This document shows, piece by piece, positions 27,299-36,094 of a stretch of DNA of 64,000 nucleotides. The first letter of the stretch is position 1, and each line of letters opens with the position of its first letter. The position numbers were made by a program, and so were the translations under genes. The stretch is taken from positions 1,021 through 65,020 of the forward strand of contig DKRJ01000026.1 in NCBI GenBank assembly GCA_002472145.1, written 5' to 3'. The notes beneath the pieces are model-generated. The model was given only the letters and a program-made list of their open reading frames with translations, was not told the DNA's origin and ran no database searches. The DNA is from Clostridiales bacterium UBA7285. GTDB lineage: Bacteria; Bacillota; Clostridia; Peptostreptococcales; Anaerovoracaceae.

Positions 27299-29003
27299 TC
27301 TCGTCTCTGTCGTATGTGACGCTGGAGGTGTGTTCCGTCTCTATCCGGTAAAGAGCGTTGGCCGCGATGTGCTCGCCGGCCTGTTCGAGGCTCCTCACGC
27401 CCGGCAGGTCGGCGTATTTGTCTATGATCACGTCTATGCCTTCCGGCGTTATCACGCATTCCTCCTTCTTCATCCCGAGACGGCTCACGACCTTAGGCAT
27501 CACGTAGTCGCGGAATATTATTCTGCGCTCGTCGGAATCGTAGTCCGGGATGTCTATGACGGCAAAGCGCGACAGGAGCGGATCTGATATCCTGGTTTTG
27601 TCGTTTGCGGTGGCGATGGGGTAGACGCCCTGCGTCGGGATCGCGCATTCGATGTAGTTGTCAGTGAAGCCGAGGCCGTCGAGCAGAGCGAGCAGAGGAT
27701 CCGCCGGGTTTGACGACGCGGTGCCGCTGTCCGCTTTATCGAGCTCGTTGATAATGAATACGAGGTTAGAGGACCCGGCGTACGAAAATGCCTCCATGAT
27801 GCGTCCCGGCTTCGCGTTAGTGTAGACGCGCGGCGAGCCCGTGAGCGCTTCGGCGTCGTGGATGGTGCTCATGTCGAGCGAGAACCACGGGAGTTTCAGT
27901 ATTCGCGCTATCGCGTACGCGATCTGCGATTTGCCGGTCCCCGCCGGGCCGACGAGCAGGAGCCCGTATCCCGGAAGTGTGTGGGTGCGGTTTATCTGTA
28001 TGATCGTCTCGATAACTCTCTGCTTGACGCGGTCCATGCCGTAAAGTTCTTCGTCGAGTATGCGCCTGGCCTCGTAAGGATCGATCGAAGGGAACCAGGT
28101 GCTCTGCCACTGTATGTTGAGCACGATAGGCAAAGCCCTCTGAGCGTGCCTCTTTTCGTCTTCCGACACGTTCGGGGCGTTTACCATCGCTATGTTCCTG
28201 TGTGCCCATGAACGGATGTTCGAAGGAAGCGTATCACCGGCCGTCGACATGAAATCGATTATCCTGGACATATCGGTCAGGATGATGGCGGAGTCGTCGT
28301 CATCGCCTTCGTCATCGGCATCTGCGCCTGCCGCTGCGCTCTCAGGAAGTTCCTGGGGCTCGCTCGAGATGAGCCTGCGGATGACCATCTGCAGGAACCC
28401 GTTGTTCGCGGACGACAGAGACTCGTCTCCTGCCGGATCCACGGCTTTGATGCTGTAGACCGCATATCCCTCCGGGACCGCGTGGCCGGAAAGCCTGACG
28501 CAGACGTGCCCCTTGCCGAGCCATTTCAAGAGTTTGAGAAAACGGCTGTCTGCCGCGACTATGTTACGCTGCTGAAGGCTGCCGTGGGTGAATTCGAACG
28601 CGTCGAGCCTGTCGGGGTTGGTGAACGCTCCGGTCTCGTGATAGTTCATAGTGTGCTGTGGATCGTCGATCACCAGTATCGGGTCGGTGTCGCCGAGCCT
28701 GCGGCTGCGGCTGTAATATATGCTGTACGAAGGTCCGAGAGTATCATCGGTGTACTGACGTACTGCGCCTTCCGATTTTTCAGAAGCGGAGTCATCTCCG
28801 TCGCCGCCCGAATCGATCTTTGTTATCGCTCCGAGAGTCTCGTACATGTCAAGCGCCTCGTCGATGTCGGCGTCCGAGACGCTTCCCCCGTTTTCCTTAA
28901 CGAGAGACAGCCAGAAATCCTCCAGGTCGCGCACCGTGCCCTCGTCGAGCACCCCGGTGTACTTCATGTTGTTTTCTTCGAGGATACGCGAAAATGTTTT
29001 CAT
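27276..29003 (-). CDS. Lon-like AAA+ ATPase without protease domain
   Basis: ARRILDEELYGMDRVKQRVIETI, Walker A GPAGTGKSQ, Walker B region VFIINELDK, sensor-1 IATAN, PLLSRFAVIDIPDY. The protein ends right after the lid domain. The N-terminal ~330 aa are unassigned and include an acidic linker. Confidence 0.8.
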   Translation of the reverse strand: MKTFSRILEENNMKYTGVLDEGTVRDLEDFWLSLVKENGGSVSDADIDEALDMYETLGAITKIDSGGDGDDSASEKSEGAVRQYTDDTLGPSYSIYYSRSRRLGDTDPILVIDDPQHTMNYHETGAFTNPDRLDAFEFTHGSLQQRNIVAADSRFLKLLKWLGKGHVCVRLSGHAVPEGYAVYSIKAVDPAGDESLSSANNGFLQMVIRRLISSEPQELPESAAAGADADDEGDDDDSAIILTDMSRIIDFMSTAGDTLPSNIRSWAHRNIAMVNAPNVSEDEKRHAQRALPIVLNIQWQSTWFPSIDPYEARRILDEELYGMDRVKQRVIETIIQINRTHTLPGYGLLLVGPAGTGKSQIAYAIARILKLPWFSLDMSTIHDAEALTGSPRVYTNAKPGRIMEAFSYAGSSNLVFIINELDKADSGTASSNPADPLLALLDGLGFTDNYIECAIPTQGVYPIATANDKTRISDPLLSRFAVIDIPDYDSDERRIIFRDYVMPKVVSRLGMKKEECVITPEGIDVIIDKYADLPGVRSLEQAGEHIAANALYRIETEHTSSVTYDRDEILALLEQ

Positions 29004-29112
29004 GATATTTCTCTTTCTGTCCGCATGCGTTCCGCACGTATAGAAGATACTTTTCTAAGCACATGATATATTAACTTCGACGGAGGGGCAATAGAGGTGG
29101 TATAATCTGATC

Positions 29113-30438
29113 ATGAACAGAAAAGTCGCTTTTTATACGCTCGGATGCAAGGTAAATCAATACGAGACGGAACTGATAAAGGAACGTTTCGCCAAAGACG
29201 GCTTTGATGCGGTCCCGGACGGGACTCCCGCCGACGTATATGTCATAAACACGTGCACAGTAACGAATCTGGCAGACCGCAAATCGCGGCAGTACGTCAG
29301 GAGGGCGAGGAAGCAGAACCCCGAAGCGTTCATCGTAGTCACGGGATGCTACGCCGAGACGGACAGAGAAGGCGTTTCAGGCATCGACGGCGTGTCGATG
29401 GTCGTCGGAAACAAAGACAAAAATATGATCCCCGCGCTCGTAAAGGAAGCGCTCGAAGAAGGCTGCTGCGATCTGACGCACGGAACGGACGGAAACGAGA
29501 ACACGGAAAGCTGTTCACACGTCTGGACGAAGGACGCCGGGATAGACCGCATGAACGAGAAAAGCCGCGCCTTTATCAAAATAGAAGAGGGCTGCGACAG
29601 ATTCTGCAGCTACTGCATCATTCCGTACGCCAGAGGAGGGATCGTTTCGAGGGATCCGGGCGATATCGTAGATGAGGCCGAGAGGCTGGCAGAAGCGGGA
29701 TACCGCGAGATAGTCCTGACTGGGATAAACACTGCTCTCTATGGCAGAGACCTCGGGATGCCGGGGATCGAGTCGCTGATAAAGGCCCTCGACGAGAGCA
29801 GGGGTGATTTCAGGATACGGCTCAGTTCACTCGAGCCTACGGTCGTCGACAGGGAGTACGTGGAGAAACTCGTCGGATACGGAAAACTCTGCCACCACAT
29901 GCATCTGTCAGTGCAGAGCGGCTCCGACGACGTTCTGGCGCGGATGAACAGGCGCTACGACAGGGAAAAGTATCTGGATATAGTAAAGGCCCTGCGCGAT
30001 TTCGACCCTCTGTACGGGATAAGCACCGACGTCATCGTGGGGTTCCCGGGTGAGACGGAAGCAGATTTCGCGGATTCTCTCGACATCGTGACGAGGGCCG
30101 AATTCGTCAAGGTTCACGCGTTCAGGTATTCGAGGCGAAGCGGGACAAAGGCGGACGCGATGACCTGCCAGATACCGCCGAAGGTGAAGAACGCCAGAGT
30201 CGAGGCTTTGGCGAGGCATGCAGTTGACGTCTCGGAGAGGTTCAGGGAAAAATGCCGCGGCTCGGAGGACATTGTTTTGTTCGAGGAGAGAGAAGAGGAC
30301 GGGCTGCTGTCCGGATATTCCGGGAATTACGTCAGGGTGCACGCGCCAGGTGATGACTCTCTGATCGGAAAGCTTTGCAGGACAAGGCTTGAAGATATAT
30401 ATAATGACGGAATGAAAGGAGTGATAATAGATGGATGA
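29113..30438 (+). CDS. mtaB: tRNA (N6-threonylcarbamoyladenosine) methylthiotransferase MtaB
   Basis: UPF0004 N-terminus (VAFYTLGCKVNQYE), radical-SAM CDRFCSYCIIP, TRAM-like C-terminus. Confidence 0.9.
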   Translation: MNRKVAFYTLGCKVNQYETELIKERFAKDGFDAVPDGTPADVYVINTCTVTNLADRKSRQYVRRARKQNPEAFIVVTGCYAETDREGVSGIDGVSMVVGNKDKNMIPALVKEALEEGCCDLTHGTDGNENTESCSHVWTKDAGIDRMNEKSRAFIKIEEGCDRFCSYCIIPYARGGIVSRDPGDIVDEAERLAEAGYREIVLTGINTALYGRDLGMPGIESLIKALDESRGDFRIRLSSLEPTVVDREYVEKLVGYGKLCHHMHLSVQSGSDDVLARMNRRYDREKYLDIVKALRDFDPLYGISTDVIVGFPGETEADFADSLDIVTRAEFVKVHAFRYSRRSGTKADAMTCQIPPKVKNARVEALARHAVDVSERFREKCRGSEDIVLFEEREEDGLLSGYSGNYVRVHAPGDDSLIGKLCRTRLEDIYNDGMKGVIIDG

Positions 30439-30772
30439 TTGTTTGTTCTGCAAAATCGCCAGACACGAGATCCCATCCGACATCGTCTACGAGGACGACC
30501 GCGTGATCTGTTTCCGCGACATCAACCCGCAGGCTCCGGAACACGTTCTGCTCATCCCTAAGGAGCATATCGGCTCTCTGGATGACGTGGACGACAGCAA
30601 CAAGGAGCTTTTAGGGTATATGATGACGAAGATCCACGAGATCACCGATTCTCTCGGGATCGAAACGGGATACAGGGTCGTGAGCAACAACGGCGACGAC
30701 GCCGAACAGTCGGTGAAGCATCTGCACTTCCATATCCTCGGCAAGCGCAAGATGACGTGGCCTCCGGGCTAG
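30431..30772 (+). CDS. hit: HIT family nucleotide hydrolase (HinT-like)
   Basis: CLFCKI, APEHVLLIPKEH, histidine triad HLHFHILG. Confidence 0.93.
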   Translation: MDDCLFCKIARHEIPSDIVYEDDRVICFRDINPQAPEHVLLIPKEHIGSLDDVDDSNKELLGYMMTKIHEITDSLGIETGYRVVSNNGDDAEQSVKHLHFHILGKRKMTWPPG

Positions 30773-30884
30773 ACCGGGAAGATGCCTCCGGGCAGGACAT
30801 GAAAAGACGCACCCGGACAGGGAAGATGCCCTGGTCTCATCGGGGACTGCCGGCGTGCACGGGGCATGGAGGCAAAAAATATCC

Positions 30885-30913
30885 TTGATACCCCGAATGT
30901 TTGATAGTATAAT
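30885..30913 (+). promoter_or_regulatory. sigma-70-type promoter of rpsU
   Basis: TTGATA (30885-30890), 17-nt spacer, TATAAT (30908-30913). Confidence 0.6.
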
Positions 30914-30977
30914 ATCGCTGTTGGAACAGAATACTGTTCACTGCTTATAATTTCATTACAGGCAGGAGGTGATATAT

Positions 30978-31157
30978 GTGGCACAGGTAATCGTAAGAGA
31001 AAATGAAAGCTTGGAGAGCGCTCTCAAGAGATTCAAGAGATCGTGCGCCAGAGACGGCGTTATGGCTGAAGTGAGGAAGAGAGAGCACTACGAGAAGCCG
31101 AGCGTCAGGAGAAAGAAGAAATCTGAGGCAGCAAGAAAGAAGGCCAGAAAGTATTAA
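30978..31157 (+). CDS. rpsU: 30S ribosomal protein S21
   Basis: GTG start 8 nt after [44 protein letters not shown]. Confidence 0.93.
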   Translation: MAQVIVRENESLESALKRFKRSCARDGVMAEVRKREHYEKPSVRRKKKSEAARKKARKY

Positions 31158-31158
31158 T

Positions 31159-31605
31159 ATGACGCTGAAAGAACAGCTTTTTGAAGATTACAAGCAGGCT
31201 CTGAAAAACCGCGACGAAATCGCGAAGAACACGATCGGGCTTGCGCGCGCGGCTGTAAAGCAGCGCGAAATAGACGACCGTGTCGAACTTGACGATGCAG
31301 GTGTGCAGCAGGTACTGCAGAAGCAGATCAAGATGCGCACCGACGCTCTCGCCGATTTTGAAAAAGCAGGCCGAACAGATCTGTCAGACGGATACAAGGC
31401 AGAGATAGAAGTTCTTAAGAAGTATATTCCGGAGCAGATGTCCGCCGAAGAGATCGCGGCTGTCGTAAAGGAAACGGCGGCCGGGCTCGGCATTGAAAAC
31501 GGCAGACAGAACATGGGGAAACTCATGGGAGCCGTCATGGGCAGGCTTAAAGGCAAAGCGGACGGAAACGACGTCCGGAAGGCCGTTACGGAATTTCTTT
31601 CATAA
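31159..31605 (+). CDS. yqeY: GatB/YqeY domain protein
   Basis: MTLKEQLFEDYKQALKNRDEIAKNTI..AAVKQREID, and the conserved position after rpsU. Hairpin CCGCT/AGCGG plus a T-run follows at about 31617-31650. Confidence 0.9.
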   Translation: MTLKEQLFEDYKQALKNRDEIAKNTIGLARAAVKQREIDDRVELDDAGVQQVLQKQIKMRTDALADFEKAGRTDLSDGYKAEIEVLKKYIPEQMSAEEIAAVVKETAAGLGIENGRQNMGKLMGAVMGRLKGKADGNDVRKAVTEFLS

Positions 31606-31670
31606 GCTGGTACAGAGACCGCTCTTACGATAGCGGCCTCTTTTATTTTACAAATCGGAGGAAACCGGAT

Positions 31671-32705
31671 TTGGCAGAAAAGAAAGATGAAGCGGTGACC
31701 GCGCCTGAAGCGGGAAAAAGCGACAGGGGAACGGAATTCGTAACTCTCCGCGTGGACGACACGATCGACAGGAGCGAACTCTTCGGCAGCCTCGACATAA
31801 ACCTCGACGTGATAGGCGAATCGACCGGAACGGAGATATTCCAGCGCGACAACGTGCTTCTGCTGAGAGGCGGCGACACTGACGACGCTTCCGCGATCCT
31901 CACCGAACTGATGGACATCCTGAGGAACGGAGAGCACATCGACGCGCAGAAACTGAATTACGTCATAGCGCTGCGCAAGGAAGGCGGCTCGTACAGAGAG
32001 AATAATATTAGTAAGGACATAATATGTTTTACCGTAAAGGGCAAGCCGCTTAAGGCGAAGACGGTCGGCCAGAAGAACTACGTCAATTCCATGCGGAACA
32101 AAGACGTCGTCTTCGGCATCGGGCCTGCCGGCACGGGCAAGACATATCTGGCCGTCGCCATGGCCGTCACCGCATTCAAGAACAAAGAAGTGCAGCGCAT
32201 AATCCTGACGCGTCCGGCCGTCGAAGCGGGCGAGAAGTTAGGCTTCCTGCCGGGAGATCTGCAGGAAAAGGTAGACCCGTATCTCAGGCCTCTCTACGAC
32301 GCACTCTACGACGTGCTGGGGCGTGATAACACGATGCGCCTGCGCGAGCGCGAAGCGATCGAGATCGTACCGCTGGCCTACATGCGCGGCCGCACTCTCG
32401 ACAGTTCGTTCATAATACTCGATGAGGCCCAGAACACGACGCGCGAGCAGATGAAGATGTTCCTCACGAGGATGGGCTTCGGCTCCAAGGTGGTCGTGAC
32501 AGGGGACAAAACGCAGATCGACCTGCCATCCGGAACGAAGAGCGGGCTGCTTGAGGCTGAGCGCGTCCTGAGACACGTAGATGGCATTGATTTCTGTTAT
32601 CTCCGCGACGTGGACGTCGTGAGGAACGAGATGGTCCGCCGCATAATCAGAGCGTACGACGAATACGACAGAAAGCGCGCGGACGACAGATCAAAGACGA
32701 AGTGA
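31671..32705 (+). CDS. phoH: PhoH family ATPase (YbeZ-like)
   Basis: TTG start after GGAGGAAA. Walker A GPAGTGKTYLAVA; ILDEAQN; VVTGDKTQIDLP. Confidence 0.92.
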   Translation: MAEKKDEAVTAPEAGKSDRGTEFVTLRVDDTIDRSELFGSLDINLDVIGESTGTEIFQRDNVLLLRGGDTDDASAILTELMDILRNGEHIDAQKLNYVIALRKEGGSYRENNISKDIICFTVKGKPLKAKTVGQKNYVNSMRNKDVVFGIGPAGTGKTYLAVAMAVTAFKNKEVQRIILTRPAVEAGEKLGFLPGDLQEKVDPYLRPLYDALYDVLGRDNTMRLREREAIEIVPLAYMRGRTLDSSFIILDEAQNTTREQMKMFLTRMGFGSKVVVTGDKTQIDLPSGTKSGLLEAERVLRHVDGIDFCYLRDVDVVRNEMVRRIIRAYDEYDRKRADDRSKTK

Positions 32706-32714
32706 GCACCGGAC

Positions 32715-33539
32715 ATGACGATATACATTGACGAAGAAACGGACGTCGAGAAGACGCTCCTGGAAAAAATGAGGCAGGCGGCATCGCTCTGCCTCGAGCG
32801 CGAGGGTATCGGCCCAGAAAACGCCGAACTTTCCGTGACGTTCGTCGACAAAGACGAGATAAAGAGGCTGAATGCAGAATATCGCGGAGTCGACAGCGCA
32901 ACGGACGTTCTGTCGTTTCCTCAGTACGATTCCCCGGATGATTTCCCGGACGAAGGCGAGATATGCCTCGGCGACGTGGTGATCTGCCGGGAAAAGATGG
33001 AGGAGCAGGCCGAGGAGTTCGGACACAGTTTCGAGCGCGAGATACTCTACCTTTTCACGCACAGCGTGCTTCACCTGCTCGGCTACGACCACGAGACGGC
33101 GGGCGAAAAAGCGGAGATGCGCGCCAGAGAGGAGGAAATAATGAACGAGATAGGACTTCCGTCCGATAAGGAACTATACAGAAAAGCAAAGGGAGCGCTC
33201 GAGAACGCGTACGCACCGTTCTCGAAATTCAAGGTGGGCGCCGCTCTTCTCACAGATACGGGAGAGATATTCACCGGATGCAACATCGAGAACTCATCTC
33301 TCGGGGCGACTATTTGCGCAGAGCGCACGGCGTGCGTGAAAGCCGTATCCGAGGGCCACAGGTCGTTCAAGACACTTGCCGTTGTTTCCGGTGAAGGCGC
33401 TGTCTGGCCTTGCGGGATATGCAGGCAGTTCCTGTATGAGTTCGCGCCGGATCTCAGAGTCATCACGGGCGACGACGAGGATCACATCGAGGAACTCACG
33501 CTTCCGGAACTTTTGACGAAAGGATTCAGACTTAAATGA
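32715..33539 (+). CDS. ybeY: fusion protein: rRNA maturation endoribonuclease YbeY + cytidine deaminase
   Basis: N-terminal half has HSVLHLLGYDH (YbeY Zn site). C-terminal half has FKVGAAL, CAERTAC and PCGICRQFL (Cdd Zn ligands). One uninterrupted 274-aa frame. Confidence 0.88.
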   Translation: MTIYIDEETDVEKTLLEKMRQAASLCLEREGIGPENAELSVTFVDKDEIKRLNAEYRGVDSATDVLSFPQYDSPDDFPDEGEICLGDVVICREKMEEQAEEFGHSFEREILYLFTHSVLHLLGYDHETAGEKAEMRAREEEIMNEIGLPSDKELYRKAKGALENAYAPFSKFKVGAALLTDTGEIFTGCNIENSSLGATICAERTACVKAVSEGHRSFKTLAVVSGEGAVWPCGICRQFLYEFAPDLRVITGDDEDHIEELTLPELLTKGFRLK

Positions 33540-34438
33540 AATCAGGATTCGCGGGAATAATCGGCAGGCCAAACGTCGGGAAATCGACGCTGCTTAATGC
33601 TCTGCTCGGCGAGAAGATAGCGATAGCCACCGACAAACCCCAGACGACGCGAAACAGCATACGCGGGATCTACACGCGCGGCGCCGGAGAAGACGACGGC
33701 GTGCAGATAGTCTTCATCGACACTCCGGGGATACACAAGGCCCACAACAAACTCGGCGAAGTGATGGACCAGACAGCCATCAGAACGTTCAGAGAAGTAG
33801 ATGTGATACTGTTTCTCGTCGACAGCGCTCCGGACAAAGGCAGGGGCGACACGTACATCCTCGATATGATCAAAGACCTGAAGACGCCTAAAATACTCGT
33901 CATCAACAAGATCGACGAAATGGACCCGGGCGAGTTCAGGAAGACGTATGACGCGTACGACGAGACGCGCATATTCGACTCCATCGAAGGCGTTTCCGCA
34001 CTGAAGGGCACGAACGTGGAGAAACTCATACCCGAGATAGAGTCTCACTTAGAGGAAGGCCCGATGTACTTCCCCGAAGACATGATCGCCGACGTGCCGG
34101 AGAAGTTCCTCGCTGCCGAGATAATAAGGGAAAAACTCCTCATGTACCTGGACGAGGAAGTGCCTCACGGAACGGCTGTCGTGATAGATAGTTTCGTCGA
34201 AGGCGAGAAGCTCACCGAGATCTACGCGACGATAATATGCGAGAGGGAGTCACATAAGGGTATAATAATCGGAAAAGGCGGGCGCAAACTGAAGGGCGTC
34301 GGCAAGAGCGCGAGGCTGGAACTTGAGGCTCTCCTGGGAACCAGAGTCTACCTCGAGCTTCACGTCAAGGTTAAGGAGAACTGGCGCGATTCCGACGCCG
34401 CTATCCGGAATCTCGGATACGACGAAAAGAACCGTTAG
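33536..34438 (+). CDS. era: GTPase Era
   Basis: G1 GRPNVGKSTLLN, G3 DTPG, G4 NKID, KH domain at the C-terminus. Confidence 0.95.
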   Translation: MKSGFAGIIGRPNVGKSTLLNALLGEKIAIATDKPQTTRNSIRGIYTRGAGEDDGVQIVFIDTPGIHKAHNKLGEVMDQTAIRTFREVDVILFLVDSAPDKGRGDTYILDMIKDLKTPKILVINKIDEMDPGEFRKTYDAYDETRIFDSIEGVSALKGTNVEKLIPEIESHLEEGPMYFPEDMIADVPEKFLAAEIIREKLLMYLDEEVPHGTAVVIDSFVEGEKLTEIYATIICERESHKGIIIGKGGRKLKGVGKSARLELEALLGTRVYLELHVKVKENWRDSDAAIRNLGYDEKNR

Positions 34439-34458
34439 CGCCGGCGGAAAAGGACCGC

Positions 34459-35217
34459 ATGTACACTTCGACCGAAGGGATAGTTTTCAGACAGGTAAAG
34501 GCGACGGGAGGACGCAGGATGCTGACGATATTCTCCCAGAAATACGGAAAGATCAGCGTAGGTACTAATTTCAGCGAAACGAACCGTAAGAATCGTTCAT
34601 CGCTTGCCCTGCGTCCGTTCACGTATGCCCGATACGAACTGTTCAAGGGCCGCGACTACTACGATTTGAACGGCGGCGAGGCGATAAAGAGTTTTTATGG
34701 CCTCTCCGAGGATATCGACAAATTCGCGAACGCGTCCTTCGTGCTGGAACTTACAGATAAAGTCCTGCCGGAAGGGCTGCCGGAGCCCGGGCTTTTCAAT
34801 ATACTCATCGATTACCTCGGGGCGATGGAGCGCCGCAGGGTATCTTTTGACACGCTGACGATCGCGTATATGGTGAAACTGCTCGATGAGACCGGCATGT
34901 TCCCGCAGCTCGGACGATGCGCCGTGTGCGGTTCGCCGGACGTCAGACATTTCAGCATCCCCGACGGAGGAATGATCTGCGGAGACTGCAGGGACAAAGC
35001 ATCCGCCCGGCGCGCTCCGGAGGAGTCCGGGGATTTGATTTATTCGCTTGATTTTGATATAGTAGAAACGATCAGTTTTTTCCGTAAAAAGCCTATACGG
35101 ACATTCGAAAAGGTAGCGCTGAACGAACACGACTCGGAAGAACTGCTCGAAATATTGAAGAGTTATATATCGTATCACCTGGACATCGGCAGGCTGAAGA
35201 GCGAGAGTCTCTTCTGA
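34459..35217 (+). CDS. recO: DNA repair protein RecO
   Basis: OB-fold N-terminus, zinc motif CAVCGS..CGDC, position after era. Confidence 0.9.
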   Translation: MYTSTEGIVFRQVKATGGRRMLTIFSQKYGKISVGTNFSETNRKNRSSLALRPFTYARYELFKGRDYYDLNGGEAIKSFYGLSEDIDKFANASFVLELTDKVLPEGLPEPGLFNILIDYLGAMERRRVSFDTLTIAYMVKLLDETGMFPQLGRCAVCGSPDVRHFSIPDGGMICGDCRDKASARRAPEESGDLIYSLDFDIVETISFFRKKPIRTFEKVALNEHDSEELLEILKSYISYHLDIGRLKSESLF

Positions 35218-35318
35218 CCCGCCGTTCCGGGACCGGGAACAGAATAACCAATACCGAAACGGGAGCCGGACAGATAAGACAGCCGGCGGAAAACTAAGAA
35301 AATCAGGAGGCAATTTCA

Positions 35319-36050
35319 ATGGAAATCACACTTGAAAAGATCGAATTAGTGAGAGACCGCACCGGAGTCACGTACAAAGAGGCAAAGGAAGCGCTCGAAA
35401 AGACGGACGGCAACGTCGTAGACGCGATCATCGCGATCGAAGAGATGAATGCGTCCGAGGGGGCCGGCACAAGCCGCGGCAGGGCGAGCACAGCGTCCGA
35501 CAAGACCGGCGATCTCATCAAAAAGATGAAGGAGATCGTATCTAAGGGCAACGTCTCCAGGATCGTCGTAAAGAAGGACGACGAGATCATCCTCAACATC
35601 CCTCTCACGGCCGGGATCCTCGGGGTCGTGATCGCGCCGTACGGAATGATCGCAGGTGTAGTGGCGACGCTCGGCTTCAGATGCCGCGTTGAGTTCGTAA
35701 AGACCGACGGGACTGTAATCGACCTTACGGACAAAGCGGGCGAAGCGTTCAAGAGCGCTAAGGAAAAGAGCGGAGACGTCTACAACGCCGCAAAGGAAAA
35801 AGGCAGCGACCTCTATTCCGCGGCAAAGGAGAAGGGCAGCGATCTCTACGACAAAGCGAGAGACGCGGCTGGAAATTTCACCGATAAAATCAAAAAGACG
35901 GGCGACGACATCGACGTCAACGTCGAGGAATTCACTGGCAAGGTCGAGGACGCCGCGGAGGACGTAAAGAACGCCGCTTCCGACACCATCGACGACATCA
36001 GAGAAAAAGCCGGGGAAGTAAAAGAGGAAGTCAAGAACGACTTCAAATAA
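35319..36050 (+). CDS. DUF4342-like protein with N-terminal UBA/EF-Ts-N-like domain and C-terminal 11-aa repeats
   Basis: ITLEKIELVRDRTGVTYKEAKEALEKTDGNVVDAIIAIEE (UBA/TS-N pattern). Central hydrophobic beta region. AKEK(S/G)(G/S)D(V/L)Y repeated three times (33-bp units, 35758-35856). Confidence 0.7.
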   Translation: MEITLEKIELVRDRTGVTYKEAKEALEKTDGNVVDAIIAIEEMNASEGAGTSRGRASTASDKTGDLIKKMKEIVSKGNVSRIVVKKDDEIILNIPLTAGILGVVIAPYGMIAGVVATLGFRCRVEFVKTDGTVIDLTDKAGEAFKSAKEKSGDVYNAAKEKGSDLYSAAKEKGSDLYDKARDAAGNFTDKIKKTGDDIDVNVEEFTGKVEDAAEDVKNAASDTIDDIREKAGEVKEEVKNDFK

Positions 36051-36094
36051 TCGAACAGTAAAAAATTCAGTTATTCACGAAGGGATATTCAGAT

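Noticed and set aside
27115-27459. 114-aa minus-strand ORF reading through the 23-bp repeats into the MATE gene
   Set aside because: It is out of frame with the AAA+ gene, overlaps two supported genes, and has an Arg-rich shadow composition.
36051-36094. T-box leaders upstream of glyQS, gltX (47964-48050) and thrC (63391-63495)
   Set aside because: The spacers are only about 45-105 nt, too short for a T-box. No specifier or T-box sequence is seen.
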